A stretch of DNA of 64,000 nucleotides from Rhodospirillales bacterium (GTDB taxonomy: Bacteria > Pseudomonadota > Alphaproteobacteria > Rhodospirillales > JAPHRK01), in NCBI GenBank assembly GCA_026196105.1, contig JAPHRK010000035.1, positions 2,341 to 66,340 on the forward strand. Reading direction: 5' to 3'. Both the position numbers and the translations under genes were made by a program. The notes under the pieces are model-generated. The model had not been told where the DNA came from, searched no databases, and was given only the letters and a program-made list of their open reading frames with translations. Below are positions 1-9,135 of the stretch, piece by piece; within the stretch, counting starts at the first letter, position 1, and each line of letters opens with the position of its first letter.

Positions 1-26
1 CTATCTGCGAATTTGGTCGGATCCAT
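1..26 (-). CDS. probable 5' end of NAD(P) transhydrogenase alpha subunit part 2 (runs off left edge)
   Basis: Minus-strand ATG at 26-24, 3 nt after the pntAA stop, reading MDPTKFAD. The pntAA-pntAB-pntB order is established for split transhydrogenases. Only 8 codons are visible, so the call is positional inference. Confidence 0.3.
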
Positions 27-29
27 GAC

Positions 30-1187
30 TTAGCTCCCCTTTCCTGTAAGTCCCGGGTGAACGATCTCACCATCTTTAACAACACATGAGCCTTTTACGA
101 TTTCATCTTCCCAATCAATGGCGAGCTTTTTGCTCTCCCCATCGACTAGTGGCGTAATGAAGTTCAAAAGGTTTTTAGCAAAAAGCTTGCTGGCGTCTGA
201 GGCCAAACGCGACGGCAAGTTGGCATAACCCAAAATCTTCACCCCGTTTTTGGTCTCAACAATTTTTTCCAACTCACTTAAAGGACAGTTGCCTCCCGCA
301 GCGACAGCCAGATCAACAATGATCGAGCCTGCTTTCATGGAAGCCACCATCTCTTCGGTCACCAGGACCGGAGCGGGTCGTCCAGGGATCAACGCCGTGG
401 TAATGACGATATCCTGCTTTTTCATATGTTCGGCGACAACAAGCTTTTGCTTGTCATAGTATTCTGGTGGCATTTCTTTAGCGTAACCACCTTCGGTCTG
501 GGCGTCTTTTTCCATTTCTGGATCGACTTCCAGGAATTTACCGCCCAGGCTTTCCACTTGTTCTTTCGTGGCTGGACGAACATCGGTTGCAGTCACCACG
601 GCACCAAGGCGCTTGGCTGTGGCAATGGCCTGAAGGCCAGCAACGCCAACCCCCATAATAAAGACCTTCGCCGGAGCAATTGTCCCCGCAGCGGTCATCA
701 TCATCGGTAGTGCGCGCCCATAAGTGGCAACGCCATCAATCACAGCCTTGTACCCAGCCAAGTTAGCTTGGGAAGACAAGATATCCATGCTTTGGGCCCG
801 GGTAATTCGAGGCACCAATTCCATGGCAAAAGCAGTGATCCCCGCTTTGGCATAAGCATCAACCAATTTTTGATCACTCAACGCCCCGATTTGTGCAATC
901 AGGATAGCCCCTTTTTTTGCATGGGAGAGTTCGCTTTTGGCACCCCCACTAGCATCAAGACCATTGATCTTAAGAATCAGATCAGCGGTTTTCATAGTCG
1001 CCGAAGCTGAAGCCGCAATCTTGGCCCCTGCTTCTTTAAACTCCTCATCAGAGATCGACGCCCCCGCGCCAGCTCCCTTCTCTACAGTAACGGTGAACCC
1101 TAATGCTGTTAATTTCTTAACAGATTCAGGAGAAGCCGCGACGCGCGACTCACCGCTTAAACGTTCTTTAGGTATTGCAATTTTCAT
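30..1187 (-). CDS. pntAA: NAD(P)+ transhydrogenase subunit alpha part 1 (soluble dI domain)
   Basis: 385-aa ORF with an alanine-dehydrogenase-like fold and the Rossmann motif GVGVAGLQAIATAKRLGA. Length and sequence are typical of split-type PntAA. Confidence 0.92.
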   Translation of the reverse strand: MKIAIPKERLSGESRVAASPESVKKLTALGFTVTVEKGAGAGASISDEEFKEAGAKIAASASATMKTADLILKINGLDASGGAKSELSHAKKGAILIAQIGALSDQKLVDAYAKAGITAFAMELVPRITRAQSMDILSSQANLAGYKAVIDGVATYGRALPMMMTAAGTIAPAKVFIMGVGVAGLQAIATAKRLGAVVTATDVRPATKEQVESLGGKFLEVDPEMEKDAQTEGGYAKEMPPEYYDKQKLVVAEHMKKQDIVITTALIPGRPAPVLVTEEMVASMKAGSIIVDLAVAAGGNCPLSELEKIVETKNGVKILGYANLPSRLASDASKLFAKNLLNFITPLVDGESKKLAIDWEDEIVKGSCVVKDGEIVHPGLTGKGS

Positions 1188-1443
1188 ATGTCCCTATGCC
1201 CCCTGCTGGCGTTGGGTGGAAGATTTTCCGTCAGTCAGAAATATTCAAACAGGAAATAGTCGCTTTGGTAAAGCAACTTTCGAGAAAAAATAAAACAAGA
1301 CGTTGGTCCTATGTCTTACTTATGCTTTTTTCATATGCATTACATGGTCTTAACAAAACTCCAACTATTCACTGGTACTACCAATAGCTCTACTGATAAT
1401 ATGACTTGTTTCAAGTACAAAATTGACAGTTTATATTGATTCC

Positions 1444-2295
1444 ATGATTTGCTTACGTTTTTCAGCCCTCGTTTTGGCCCTCATCGCCCCCCTGTTTTTC
1501 GCAACTGCAGCAAAAAGCAACGATTCGGTAAAAAATTCAATATCGAACCTAGGGGAAACCCGAAACCTCAAATTCGAGGCTTATTGGGGGGGACTCCATG
1601 CGGTAAACTTTCTTCTCTCCTATTCGACAGCCCCCGGAGAGATGAAAAATGTTTTCCATTTAGAAACTGCGGGAATCCTAAAGCTCCTTCTCAAAATGCG
1701 GATTAAAGCCGAAGCAAAGGGAAGTTCTTCAAAAAACGACCTCTATATCCCCCAAAGCTACCAAGTCGATTATGAGAATCGATACCGAACTCGAAAGGTC
1801 ACTATTTCCTTTGATTCCAAATCAGGCATAGTCATCCCAAAGATCACCACCAAAGGCGCAGATGAAGAAAAAGACCGGGCCACCGAAGCAAAAGTTCCGC
1901 CCGAGATGCGTAAAGGCACCATCGACCCCATCTCCGCTGTCGTCGAAGCCATCCGGCGCACCAAAAATCATATTGAAAACGGAGCCTCGAAAAACTTCAC
2001 CATACCTGTCTACGATGGTCGCCGCCGCTTTGATGTTATAGGTGAAGTACAGGAAACCATCCAAAGAACCATTCTCTTCAAACCCTATAAAGTCATAAGA
2101 CTGGTCCTCACCCCCAAAACCCGCGCCGGTTTTAAAAAGAGCCACACCGAACTCTGGAGCAAATACGCCTTCCACATCTACCTCACCACAGATGGCCGCT
2201 ATGTGCCCCTGCAAATCGACGCCGTTGGCCCCGGGCCGATTATTAACTTGGTGAAAGAATGTGATACGGCAGAAGCTTGTTTGCCGTCTAAGTAA
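1444..2295 (+). CDS. exported hypothetical protein, DUF3108-like
   Basis: ATG 1444 gives the signal-peptide-like N-terminus MICLRFSALVLALIAPLFFATAAKS; the ORF track starts at TTG 1423. The YWGGLHA region recalls DUF3108. The family call is from memory only. Confidence 0.55.
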   Translation: MICLRFSALVLALIAPLFFATAAKSNDSVKNSISNLGETRNLKFEAYWGGLHAVNFLLSYSTAPGEMKNVFHLETAGILKLLLKMRIKAEAKGSSSKNDLYIPQSYQVDYENRYRTRKVTISFDSKSGIVIPKITTKGADEEKDRATEAKVPPEMRKGTIDPISAVVEAIRRTKNHIENGASKNFTIPVYDGRRRFDVIGEVQETIQRTILFKPYKVIRLVLTPKTRAGFKKSHTELWSKYAFHIYLTTDGRYVPLQIDAVGPGPIINLVKECDTAEACLPSK

Positions 2296-2600
2296 GGGGG
2301 GAAATGATTGGGCTCAACCCAAACTCTTTTAAAGCCAAAATCACTGTAATCGTTTTCATGGGTCTGATCCAAAATAATAGAAAGCACAATCCTTTTTACA
2401 CAGATAAGCCGGGAAAATTGAAAAGGATTTTATAATTAATAAACTGCTACCAAAAGTCTATGCGCACCCCATAACATTATCTAAAAAAATCTTGAGAACC
2501 AAACTGATTTGAGTTTAATTTGAATCGGCAAAATTCTGAGAGTATTGTATATCGTGCGGGGGTTATTTAGTGCTCGAACTGACAATATTGGAGAAAAAAC

Positions 2601-2993
2601 ATGGCAAAAAAACCAATAATCGAAGATGCCGTTTCCATTGTATTTGTGCGGGATATTGACAAAACGCTCGATTTTTACACAGACATACTAAATTTTGAGA
2701 AAGGGTTCGTCTCTGATGACAAAATGTTTGCCACCATTTCACACGGGGAAGCTGCAATCCATTTTGTAAAAACAGAAAACGAAGACGCATTAAATTTTAC
2801 AGCACATCATGCATCTATATATCTATGGGTTAAGAATTTGGATGCGTTGTACGATACATTAAAGTCGAATTTGGAGAGTTTAGGAGAAGGTCGTGTTAAA
2901 CTCCCTTTTATTCAAGACTATGGCATGAAGGAATTTCATGTTAAAGACCCTGATGGCTGCACTTTGCTGTTTGGAGAAAACGTCGAACACTGA
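2601..2993 (+). CDS. VOC (glyoxalase/bleomycin-resistance) family protein
   Basis: 130-aa ORF with paired beta-alpha-beta-beta-beta-like modules (SIVFVRDIDKTLDFY ... FHVKDPDGCTLLF). It sits in an AT-rich stretch of low coding density. Confidence 0.75.
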   Translation: MAKKPIIEDAVSIVFVRDIDKTLDFYTDILNFEKGFVSDDKMFATISHGEAAIHFVKTENEDALNFTAHHASIYLWVKNLDALYDTLKSNLESLGEGRVKLPFIQDYGMKEFHVKDPDGCTLLFGENVEH

Positions 2994-3289
2994 TGGAGAC
3001 GTTGAAAGTAAAAATCCAGAGTTCTGTATATAGTTTTATCCTTCATTTTATGCACCAGAATATTACATGAACACCGAAATAAGGCCCAGGCATGATGCGG
3101 TGAATGGGATCAATGTTTCATTTCCTTCAACAAAGAGAACCAAGAGTTGGAAACCATGTGTATCTAAAATTTGGTATCCTGAGCCCAATACTTTTCCATA
3201 AACTCAGCCCCTTCTCTTAAATACATTTGCAATCTTCCTCATAATGATAAAAGGTTCACTCTCTTGATTTTTAATAAGGGGTATTCTTT

Positions 3290-4084
3290 TTGTCTTGGCA
3301 GTACGTATCTATTGAGCGCAAGGGTCGGATTGCAATTGTTCGATTTGATCGGGGGAATAAGAGCAATGCACTTTCCGGGCAGGTGATGCGGGAGCTAACG
3401 GAAGCGGCACTTTCGTTTCAGGAGGATAGTGAGACTTCGGCGATTATCCTTACGGGGCGGGAGGATAATTTTACGCTGGGCATGGATTTAAAAGACCCCG
3501 ATATCGAGTTAGCACGCACAGCACCTTTAGCCCAACGGCGCAAGCTCCTGCAAACGGGGCCCAAGATGTGTCAAGCTTGGGAAAGCCTAGAGCCACTCAC
3601 TATTGCCGCCATTGAAGGCTGGTGTGTTGGTGGGGGGATGGCGCTTAATGTTGCCTTAGATTTGCGGGTGATGGCGGAGGATGCCACGCTTTATGTACCG
3701 GAGATTGAACGGGGCATGAATATGAGTTGGGGGGCCGTCCCTCGGCTTGTTAATCTCTGTGGCCCAGCCAAAACAAAACGGATTGTGGTGTTGGCGGAAA
3801 AGCTTAAAGCAGAGCGGGCCTTGGATTGGGGCATTGTCGATGAGGTTACCCCAAAGGGACAGGCGGTTACCAAAGCGATGGCGTTTGCTGAACGGGCAGC
3901 GGAACTCCCCCCCGTAGCCTTGCGCATGTGCAAGCAAGGGGTAAATGCAGCGGCTAATGCCTTGAATTATACAGCTTCACATATGGATATGGACCAGTTT
4001 GCCTTGGCGCAAAGCTCAGGGGATTTTGAGGAAGGCGTGCAGGCATTCTTCGAGAAGCGCAAACCTAACTACACGGGCAGTTAG
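3290..4084 (+). CDS. enoyl-CoA hydratase/isomerase (crotonase) family protein
   Basis: 264 aa with a TTG start. The N-terminus is VSIERKGRIAIVRFDRGNKSNAL, and the GWCVGGGMALNVALDLRV region is typical of the crotonase fold. Confidence 0.85.
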   Translation: MSWQYVSIERKGRIAIVRFDRGNKSNALSGQVMRELTEAALSFQEDSETSAIILTGREDNFTLGMDLKDPDIELARTAPLAQRRKLLQTGPKMCQAWESLEPLTIAAIEGWCVGGGMALNVALDLRVMAEDATLYVPEIERGMNMSWGAVPRLVNLCGPAKTKRIVVLAEKLKAERALDWGIVDEVTPKGQAVTKAMAFAERAAELPPVALRMCKQGVNAAANALNYTASHMDMDQFALAQSSGDFEEGVQAFFEKRKPNYTGS

Positions 4085-4102
4085 TTTAACAGGGATAGAT
4101 TG

Positions 4103-4888
4103 ATGAATTTAGATGGTGCAGTGACAATCGTTACGGGGTCCGCAACGGGTTTAGGGGCAGCTATTGCTAAACAGCTCGCGAAGAAGGGTTGCAACGTGGT
4201 GATTAACTACACCCGCAGTCAAAAAGAAGCCGAAGAGACGGTGAGGGAATGTGAGGTCCTCGGGGTAGAGGCTCTGCTCTGCCAAGGAGATGTTTCTAAA
4301 GATGAAGATTGCCGCTCTATTGTTCAACAAACCATTGATAAATGGGGAAAGGTTGATGCTCTGGTAAACAATGCTGGGACGACAAAGTTTGCTGCCGCTC
4401 ATGACCTAGAAGCTTTGTCGGCTGAAGATTTTCAACAGATTTATGGGGTCAATGTGATAGGCCCTTATCAGATGATCCGAGCCGTAACTCCGCATATGAA
4501 AGAGGCCGGTGAAGGGGCAATTGTGAATATCAGTTCTATTGCCGGAGTGACGGGGCTTGGGAGTTCAGTTGCTTACTCAGCCTCAAAAGGCGCGCTTAAT
4601 ACCATGACCATTACCCTCGCTCGTGCCCTTGGCCCAGAAATTCGCATCAATGCCATTTGTCCGGGGCTCATCCAAAGCCGGTGGCTTCAAGGAGGATTAG
4701 GGGAAGAACGTTACCAAGCCACAATAAAAAACATTGAGGCATCAACACCGCTTCAAGCCGCAAGCACCCCGGATGATATTGCTGAGTCTGCCGTTTGGAT
4801 GATTGAAGGGGCGCGGCACGTAACAGGTGAAACCTTGCTGGTAGACGCCGGGCTTCACCTTGGGTTTGCCCCCTTGGTGGCGCGGTAA
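4103..4888 (+). CDS. SDR family oxidoreductase
   Basis: TGSATGLG cofactor motif and YSASK catalytic motif. ATG 4103 is preferred over the adjacent TTG 4100, with an AGGGA ribosome-binding site upstream. Confidence 0.9.
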   Translation: MNLDGAVTIVTGSATGLGAAIAKQLAKKGCNVVINYTRSQKEAEETVRECEVLGVEALLCQGDVSKDEDCRSIVQQTIDKWGKVDALVNNAGTTKFAAAHDLEALSAEDFQQIYGVNVIGPYQMIRAVTPHMKEAGEGAIVNISSIAGVTGLGSSVAYSASKGALNTMTITLARALGPEIRINAICPGLIQSRWLQGGLGEERYQATIKNIEASTPLQAASTPDDIAESAVWMIEGARHVTGETLLVDAGLHLGFAPLVAR

Positions 4889-5974
4889 TTAGAAGGTTTG
4901 CTCTTTGCAGAGGGCTTGAATTTGTTCAACCCGGTCTAAATTGCATAGCAAAGCATCAACACAATTTTTGTCAAATTTAGTTCCGGCATTGCGTTCTAAA
5001 TATGCAAAGGCTTCGTCATTGGGCCAGGCTTCTTTGTAAGGGCGCTTGCTGGTAAGAGCATCGAAAACATCGGCTACAGCAGTTATACGGGATTCTAAAG
5101 GGATCTCGTCTCCCTTAAGTCCTTGAATATACCCACTGCCATCATAGGCTTCATGGTGATAGCCAACGATGTTGCGCAACATTTCAACATGCTCAATTGT
5201 AGCAAGACCAAAACTGTTAACCATGCTGTTGATCATTTCTAATCCAGCCGAAACGTGTGATTGCATAGTGGTGAATTCTTCTTCCGTCAGCTTGCCTTCT
5301 TTGAGCAAAATATTATCGGGGATGGCGACTTTCCCCACATCATGCAGCGGGGCAAAACGGAAAAGATACTCAACAAATTCATCTTGCAGATTAAATTTCG
5401 GCCCCATTTCCAAAGCTATTAACCGAGCGTAACGAGACATCCGGTCGATATGAGCTGCTGTTTCAGCATCTCGGTGGCGGCTAAATTCACGCACCGTTTC
5501 AACTGCGCCTTTAAGCATCTCAATAGGCATAAGCTCTTGGATTGCTAGAACAGAAATCAGCCGAGAATAAAGGGTAAGCCCTTCAACCATTGTTGATTTG
5601 AAATATCCCGCTTCACGGGAATTGAAAAACAGAAAGCCGAAGAACTGATCTTTATTATAAATAGGAATGGTCAAGCTAGAACCAAGCCCGGCTGCAATTA
5701 ATCTACGGGAATGCTCAGATTTAGGGTCATAACCATCTTGGAGGTTATCAACAACTCTGCTCTCACCGGTCTCAACAAGTCGCTTTAAAGATGGCGTTTC
5801 GTTGAGCTTTACTTGGTAAAAAGAAAGCGGTGATTCACCATCAGTACTGTGGTGAAAGGTTTTAAGAAAATCTCTCTCTTTGTCATAAACAGCAACTGCA
5901 ACCCGGCAGAGAGCAGGGTATTTTTGCCGCAACTCATCGTGCAATTCAGAAAGACCACGACCAAAATTTTCCAT
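4889..5974 (-). CDS. GAF-like sensor plus HD-GYP domain protein (putative c-di-GMP phosphodiesterase)
   Basis: HDVGK and HHEAYDGSGYIQGL motifs; the signature reads GYI rather than GYP. The N-terminal ~170 aa look like a GAF domain. Confidence 0.85.
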   Translation of the reverse strand: MENFGRGLSELHDELRQKYPALCRVAVAVYDKERDFLKTFHHSTDGESPLSFYQVKLNETPSLKRLVETGESRVVDNLQDGYDPKSEHSRRLIAAGLGSSLTIPIYNKDQFFGFLFFNSREAGYFKSTMVEGLTLYSRLISVLAIQELMPIEMLKGAVETVREFSRHRDAETAAHIDRMSRYARLIALEMGPKFNLQDEFVEYLFRFAPLHDVGKVAIPDNILLKEGKLTEEEFTTMQSHVSAGLEMINSMVNSFGLATIEHVEMLRNIVGYHHEAYDGSGYIQGLKGDEIPLESRITAVADVFDALTSKRPYKEAWPNDEAFAYLERNAGTKFDKNCVDALLCNLDRVEQIQALCKEQTF

Positions 5975-6047
5975 ATCGAAAAACTAATTCCCAACAGATC
6001 AAGCTAAAGGTTTACAATTACAAGCGGCACAATATAGAGAGTATTGT

Positions 6048-6869
6048 ATGAGCTTACCTGATTTTCATCAAGTTGTCGGCGTTGCCGGATGTGGCGCTAT
6101 GGGGTTACCTATGGCAAAGGCCCTACAACGGCAGCGGTTTTGCGTTTGGGGGTATGATATTAGACCACCCCAAGAATTTTCAGATTTTGAAGATCGTATG
6201 ATCATTAAGCCAGAAGAATTTGCCAATAAATGCGATGTGGTCATTTCAGTGGTGCGAGATAAGCAGCAAACCCTCGACCTTTGTTTTGACAACCAAGCCC
6301 TCTTTCGTTTCGACAACGCACCAAAAACCCTCATCGTTAGTTCAACCCTCTCACCAAGGTTTATTGATGAGCTCCGCCAGAACCTCCCTGCCAAGGTAGG
6401 TTTGATTGACGCCCCTATGTCTGGAGCACCTATTGCTGCGGAACAAGAAGCCCTTACCTTTATGCTTGGTGGTGGTGAAGATATTCTAGAGCCCTTCACT
6501 CCCTTGTTTTCTGCCATGGGAAAAACCATACACCATCTGGGCAAGCTAGGTGCAGGAATGACGTTCAAAGTGCTCAATAATTTTTTGGCAGCAACCAATA
6601 CAGTTGCTGTACGAAGGGTTCTTGCTGAGGCCCCTGCCCTTGGCTTGGACCAAGATAAGTTGCTTGAGGTTATGTCGACCAGCTCAGGCGGCACCTGGTT
6701 TGGCAATAACTTCCACCAAATCGCCTGGTCCAAGGAAGGCTATAGTCCTGAGAATACCATCGGCATTTTAGAAAAAGACATGGGGGCTTTTCTAGACGCG
6801 CTAGAAACCGGTTCCACGTCTTTTGATGAAGCTGTTCTTGAGGGCCTAAGAAAGATGAAACCTTATTAA
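6048..6869 (+). CDS. NAD(P)-dependent beta-hydroxyacid dehydrogenase family protein (3-hydroxyisobutyrate dehydrogenase-like)
   Basis: N-terminal GVAGCGAMGLPMA dinucleotide-binding motif. The 273-aa length and C-terminal helical domain resemble the 6-phosphogluconate dehydrogenase family. Confidence 0.78.
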   Translation: MSLPDFHQVVGVAGCGAMGLPMAKALQRQRFCVWGYDIRPPQEFSDFEDRMIIKPEEFANKCDVVISVVRDKQQTLDLCFDNQALFRFDNAPKTLIVSSTLSPRFIDELRQNLPAKVGLIDAPMSGAPIAAEQEALTFMLGGGEDILEPFTPLFSAMGKTIHHLGKLGAGMTFKVLNNFLAATNTVAVRRVLAEAPALGLDQDKLLEVMSTSSGGTWFGNNFHQIAWSKEGYSPENTIGILEKDMGAFLDALETGSTSFDEAVLEGLRKMKPY

Positions 6870-8200
6870 AGCCCGACCTTAGAGAGAGCTTTTGTTTGGC
6901 GCTGCTGCAGAACTTCAGCGTCAAAGTCATCAACCAAATCCTGAAACATGCGGTACCAATTCACTTCAGCTTTGAGGTGAGTGAAAACAGACCCGAGGCC
7001 GATGGCAGCGCGATCCATGAGGAGGAACTCTCTTGGAGGGGTAACGCCTCCAGGAATTTTTCTCAATTCTTGGTGAACTTTAGCCGCGACTTGGGCGCCA
7101 TATCTTGTTGAGTTTGATTCCGACATAGCTTGGGTTTTGTCTTCCATGATGGGGGCATAAACAAAGCTGGCCCAATGATTGAGAACCTCCATCAACTCTT
7201 TACTGATACTATCAAACCCCCAAGACTCGTACGCATGCGCTGCTAGGTCCTGGTCATCGGTTTTAAGCGCGTGATAGAGGTCAAGCACCCCTTGAACAAA
7301 GCTCGGATTAAAGACGCGAATACATCCGAAGTCTAACAGATTTATGGAACCGTCTTCTCGCACAGAATAGTTCCCAAGATGAGGATCACCATGGAGAATG
7401 CCGTATTTATAGAAAGGAATATACCAAGCTCGAAACATATTAGTCGCTACGGCATTCCGTAAATCTTCATGGGCATCAACGAAACTCATCAAAGGCTGAC
7501 CGTCCAACCAGTGCATAGTCAATAATCGTTGAGTACTTAACTCATCAACAATTTTGGCAACATGAACTTGGCTTTCGTCTTTGAGCATGTCTGCATAAAG
7601 CTTTTGGTGTTTAGCTTCTCGATGATAATTTAGCTCTTCTCGCAATCTTTCAGATAGCTCTTTGTGGATTTCTGATGGGTCTATTGCACTGTCGTAACGT
7701 TTGTAGAGGGAAAAAATCAATTTGAGTTGGGCAAGATCTGCATCAACCGCTGAAGCCATATCCGGGTATTGGAGCTTACAAGCCAGAGCCTGATCATTCA
7801 GGCTTGTCGCTTTATGAACCTGACCGAGGGAAGCTGCATTGCAAGCTTGCGGTTCGAAAGTTTTGAACTTGGATTGCCAGTCTTTACCCAACTCATTGCT
7901 CATCCGCCTTTTAACAAAAGGCCATCCCATCGAGGGGGCGTTGGTCTGCAATTCCATGAGTTGATTGGTGTATTCTTCTGGCAACATGTCAGGGACAGTC
8001 GAGAGGATTTGTGCCACTTTCATCAAGGGACCTTTTAGCCCACCTAAGGCTACCCTTAAATCCACTGCCCCTTTTGCCGAAGGACCGCTTTGGCCGATTA
8101 ACTTCTTTCCAGCCATTTTGGCAGCAACACCGCCAATGGAAACACCGACTTTAGCGACCCTTTTAATCCGCCCTGTTAACTTAGAGTTTTGGTCTTCCAT
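6866..8200 (-). CDS. ABC1/UbiB (AarF) atypical kinase family protein
   Basis: 444 aa with ASLGQVHKA and ILHGDPHLGNY kinase-like motifs. Its 3' end overlaps the preceding gene convergently by 4 nt. Confidence 0.85.
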   Translation of the reverse strand: MEDQNSKLTGRIKRVAKVGVSIGGVAAKMAGKKLIGQSGPSAKGAVDLRVALGGLKGPLMKVAQILSTVPDMLPEEYTNQLMELQTNAPSMGWPFVKRRMSNELGKDWQSKFKTFEPQACNAASLGQVHKATSLNDQALACKLQYPDMASAVDADLAQLKLIFSLYKRYDSAIDPSEIHKELSERLREELNYHREAKHQKLYADMLKDESQVHVAKIVDELSTQRLLTMHWLDGQPLMSFVDAHEDLRNAVATNMFRAWYIPFYKYGILHGDPHLGNYSVREDGSINLLDFGCIRVFNPSFVQGVLDLYHALKTDDQDLAAHAYESWGFDSISKELMEVLNHWASFVYAPIMEDKTQAMSESNSTRYGAQVAAKVHQELRKIPGGVTPPREFLLMDRAAIGLGSVFTHLKAEVNWYRMFQDLVDDFDAEVLQQRQTKALSKVGL

Positions 8201-8322
8201 AAAGTTTCCTGAGGCTGGCGGTTAAGTTTAAGGTTCATTATTAGATGGACTAGACTGAGGTCACATTCAAGCATCCAAGAAAAACTTAAACCAAACGCAA
8301 AAGAATTAATTACCTCTAAAAA

Positions 8323-9135
8323 TTAAAGCCCCTCATCATCCAACCAAAGCTGAATACTTTGGCAAACTTTCTCCCACTCTACCTCAAGCATCATACCATG
8401 GCACATACCCACAAAAACCTCTGCCTGAACACCATAGATCGCCGCAGTAGCATAAACATGGATGGGAGCAACAAGCTTATCATCCTCTGCCCCTATAACT
8501 TTAACAGGGGCTTTGCCGATAAGACCTAATATATTAGGCAAACAAGGCCCATGCATTTCAAGGGTTGCAAGCATGGATTCTGACTGGGTTAACTTTATGT
8601 ATTTATCGGTTTCACTGGCAGGCAAGGCATCTGAAAAGACAGCTTCTCTCATCATGTCAGCCGAAGCCTCAGGGGAACCAAAAGCTTCAACCAAGCCAAC
8701 TTTCATCAAGAGCCAGGGTCGTGTTAAAGCAAGCGTGGCACTTGGACCAACAGCGCCTGTTGGTGGCACAGAAGCCATCAAAACCATACCCGAACCTTCA
8801 TGTTGCTCCATGTATTTTTGAGCAACAAAGCCTCCCATAGAATGTCCAATGATAACAGGTGGCGTTGGTAAAGCTGCTGCAACAGAAGCAACATCTTCAA
8901 CATAGTCTGCAATGGAGTGACCATGTAGGCCTGCTGTTGAAGGACTGCCATTATGACCACGTAAACTCAGGGCATGAACTTCATAACCTCGTTCAGCAAA
9001 CCAATCGAGAAAATTCACCTCCCAACACCAGGCACCGACAAAGGCACCATGGACAAAAAGGAGGGGCTTATGGCCCTTATCTTTCTTCGGGTAACGGCTA
9101 ATAACCTCAAGCCGCGACGGCATATTACGCGCCAT
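8323..9135 (-). CDS. alpha/beta hydrolase
   Basis: GHSMGG nucleophile elbow. ATG at 9135 overlaps the pepF TGA by 1 nt, suggesting translational coupling; the ORF track starts at TTG 9138. Confidence 0.8.
   Translation of the reverse strand: MARNMPSRLEVISRYPKKDKGHKPLLFVHGAFVGAWCWEVNFLDWFAERGYEVHALSLRGHNGSPSTAGLHGHSIADYVEDVASVAAALPTPPVIIGHSMGGFVAQKYMEQHEGSGMVLMASVPPTGAVGPSATLALTRPWLLMKVGLVEAFGSPEASADMMREAVFSDALPASETDKYIKLTQSESMLATLEMHGPCLPNILGLIGKAPVKVIGAEDDKLVAPIHVYATAAIYGVQAEVFVGMCHGMMLEVEWEKVCQSIQLWLDDEGL

Noticed and set aside
3110-3226. Possible decayed ORF on the minus strand in the 296-bp gap after the VOC gene (MYLREGAEFMEKYWAQDTKF*IHMVSNSWFSLLKEMKH*)
   Set aside because: About 40 codons in one frame carry two stops. 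I cannot recognise any family, and the evidence is too thin to call a pseudogene.
6068-6733. 221-aa ORF antisense to the beta-hydroxyacid dehydrogenase gene
   Set aside because: It lies entirely inside a well-supported gene on the other strand. The Arg/Ser/Pro-rich low-complexity translation is typical of a shadow ORF, and no motif is recognisable.
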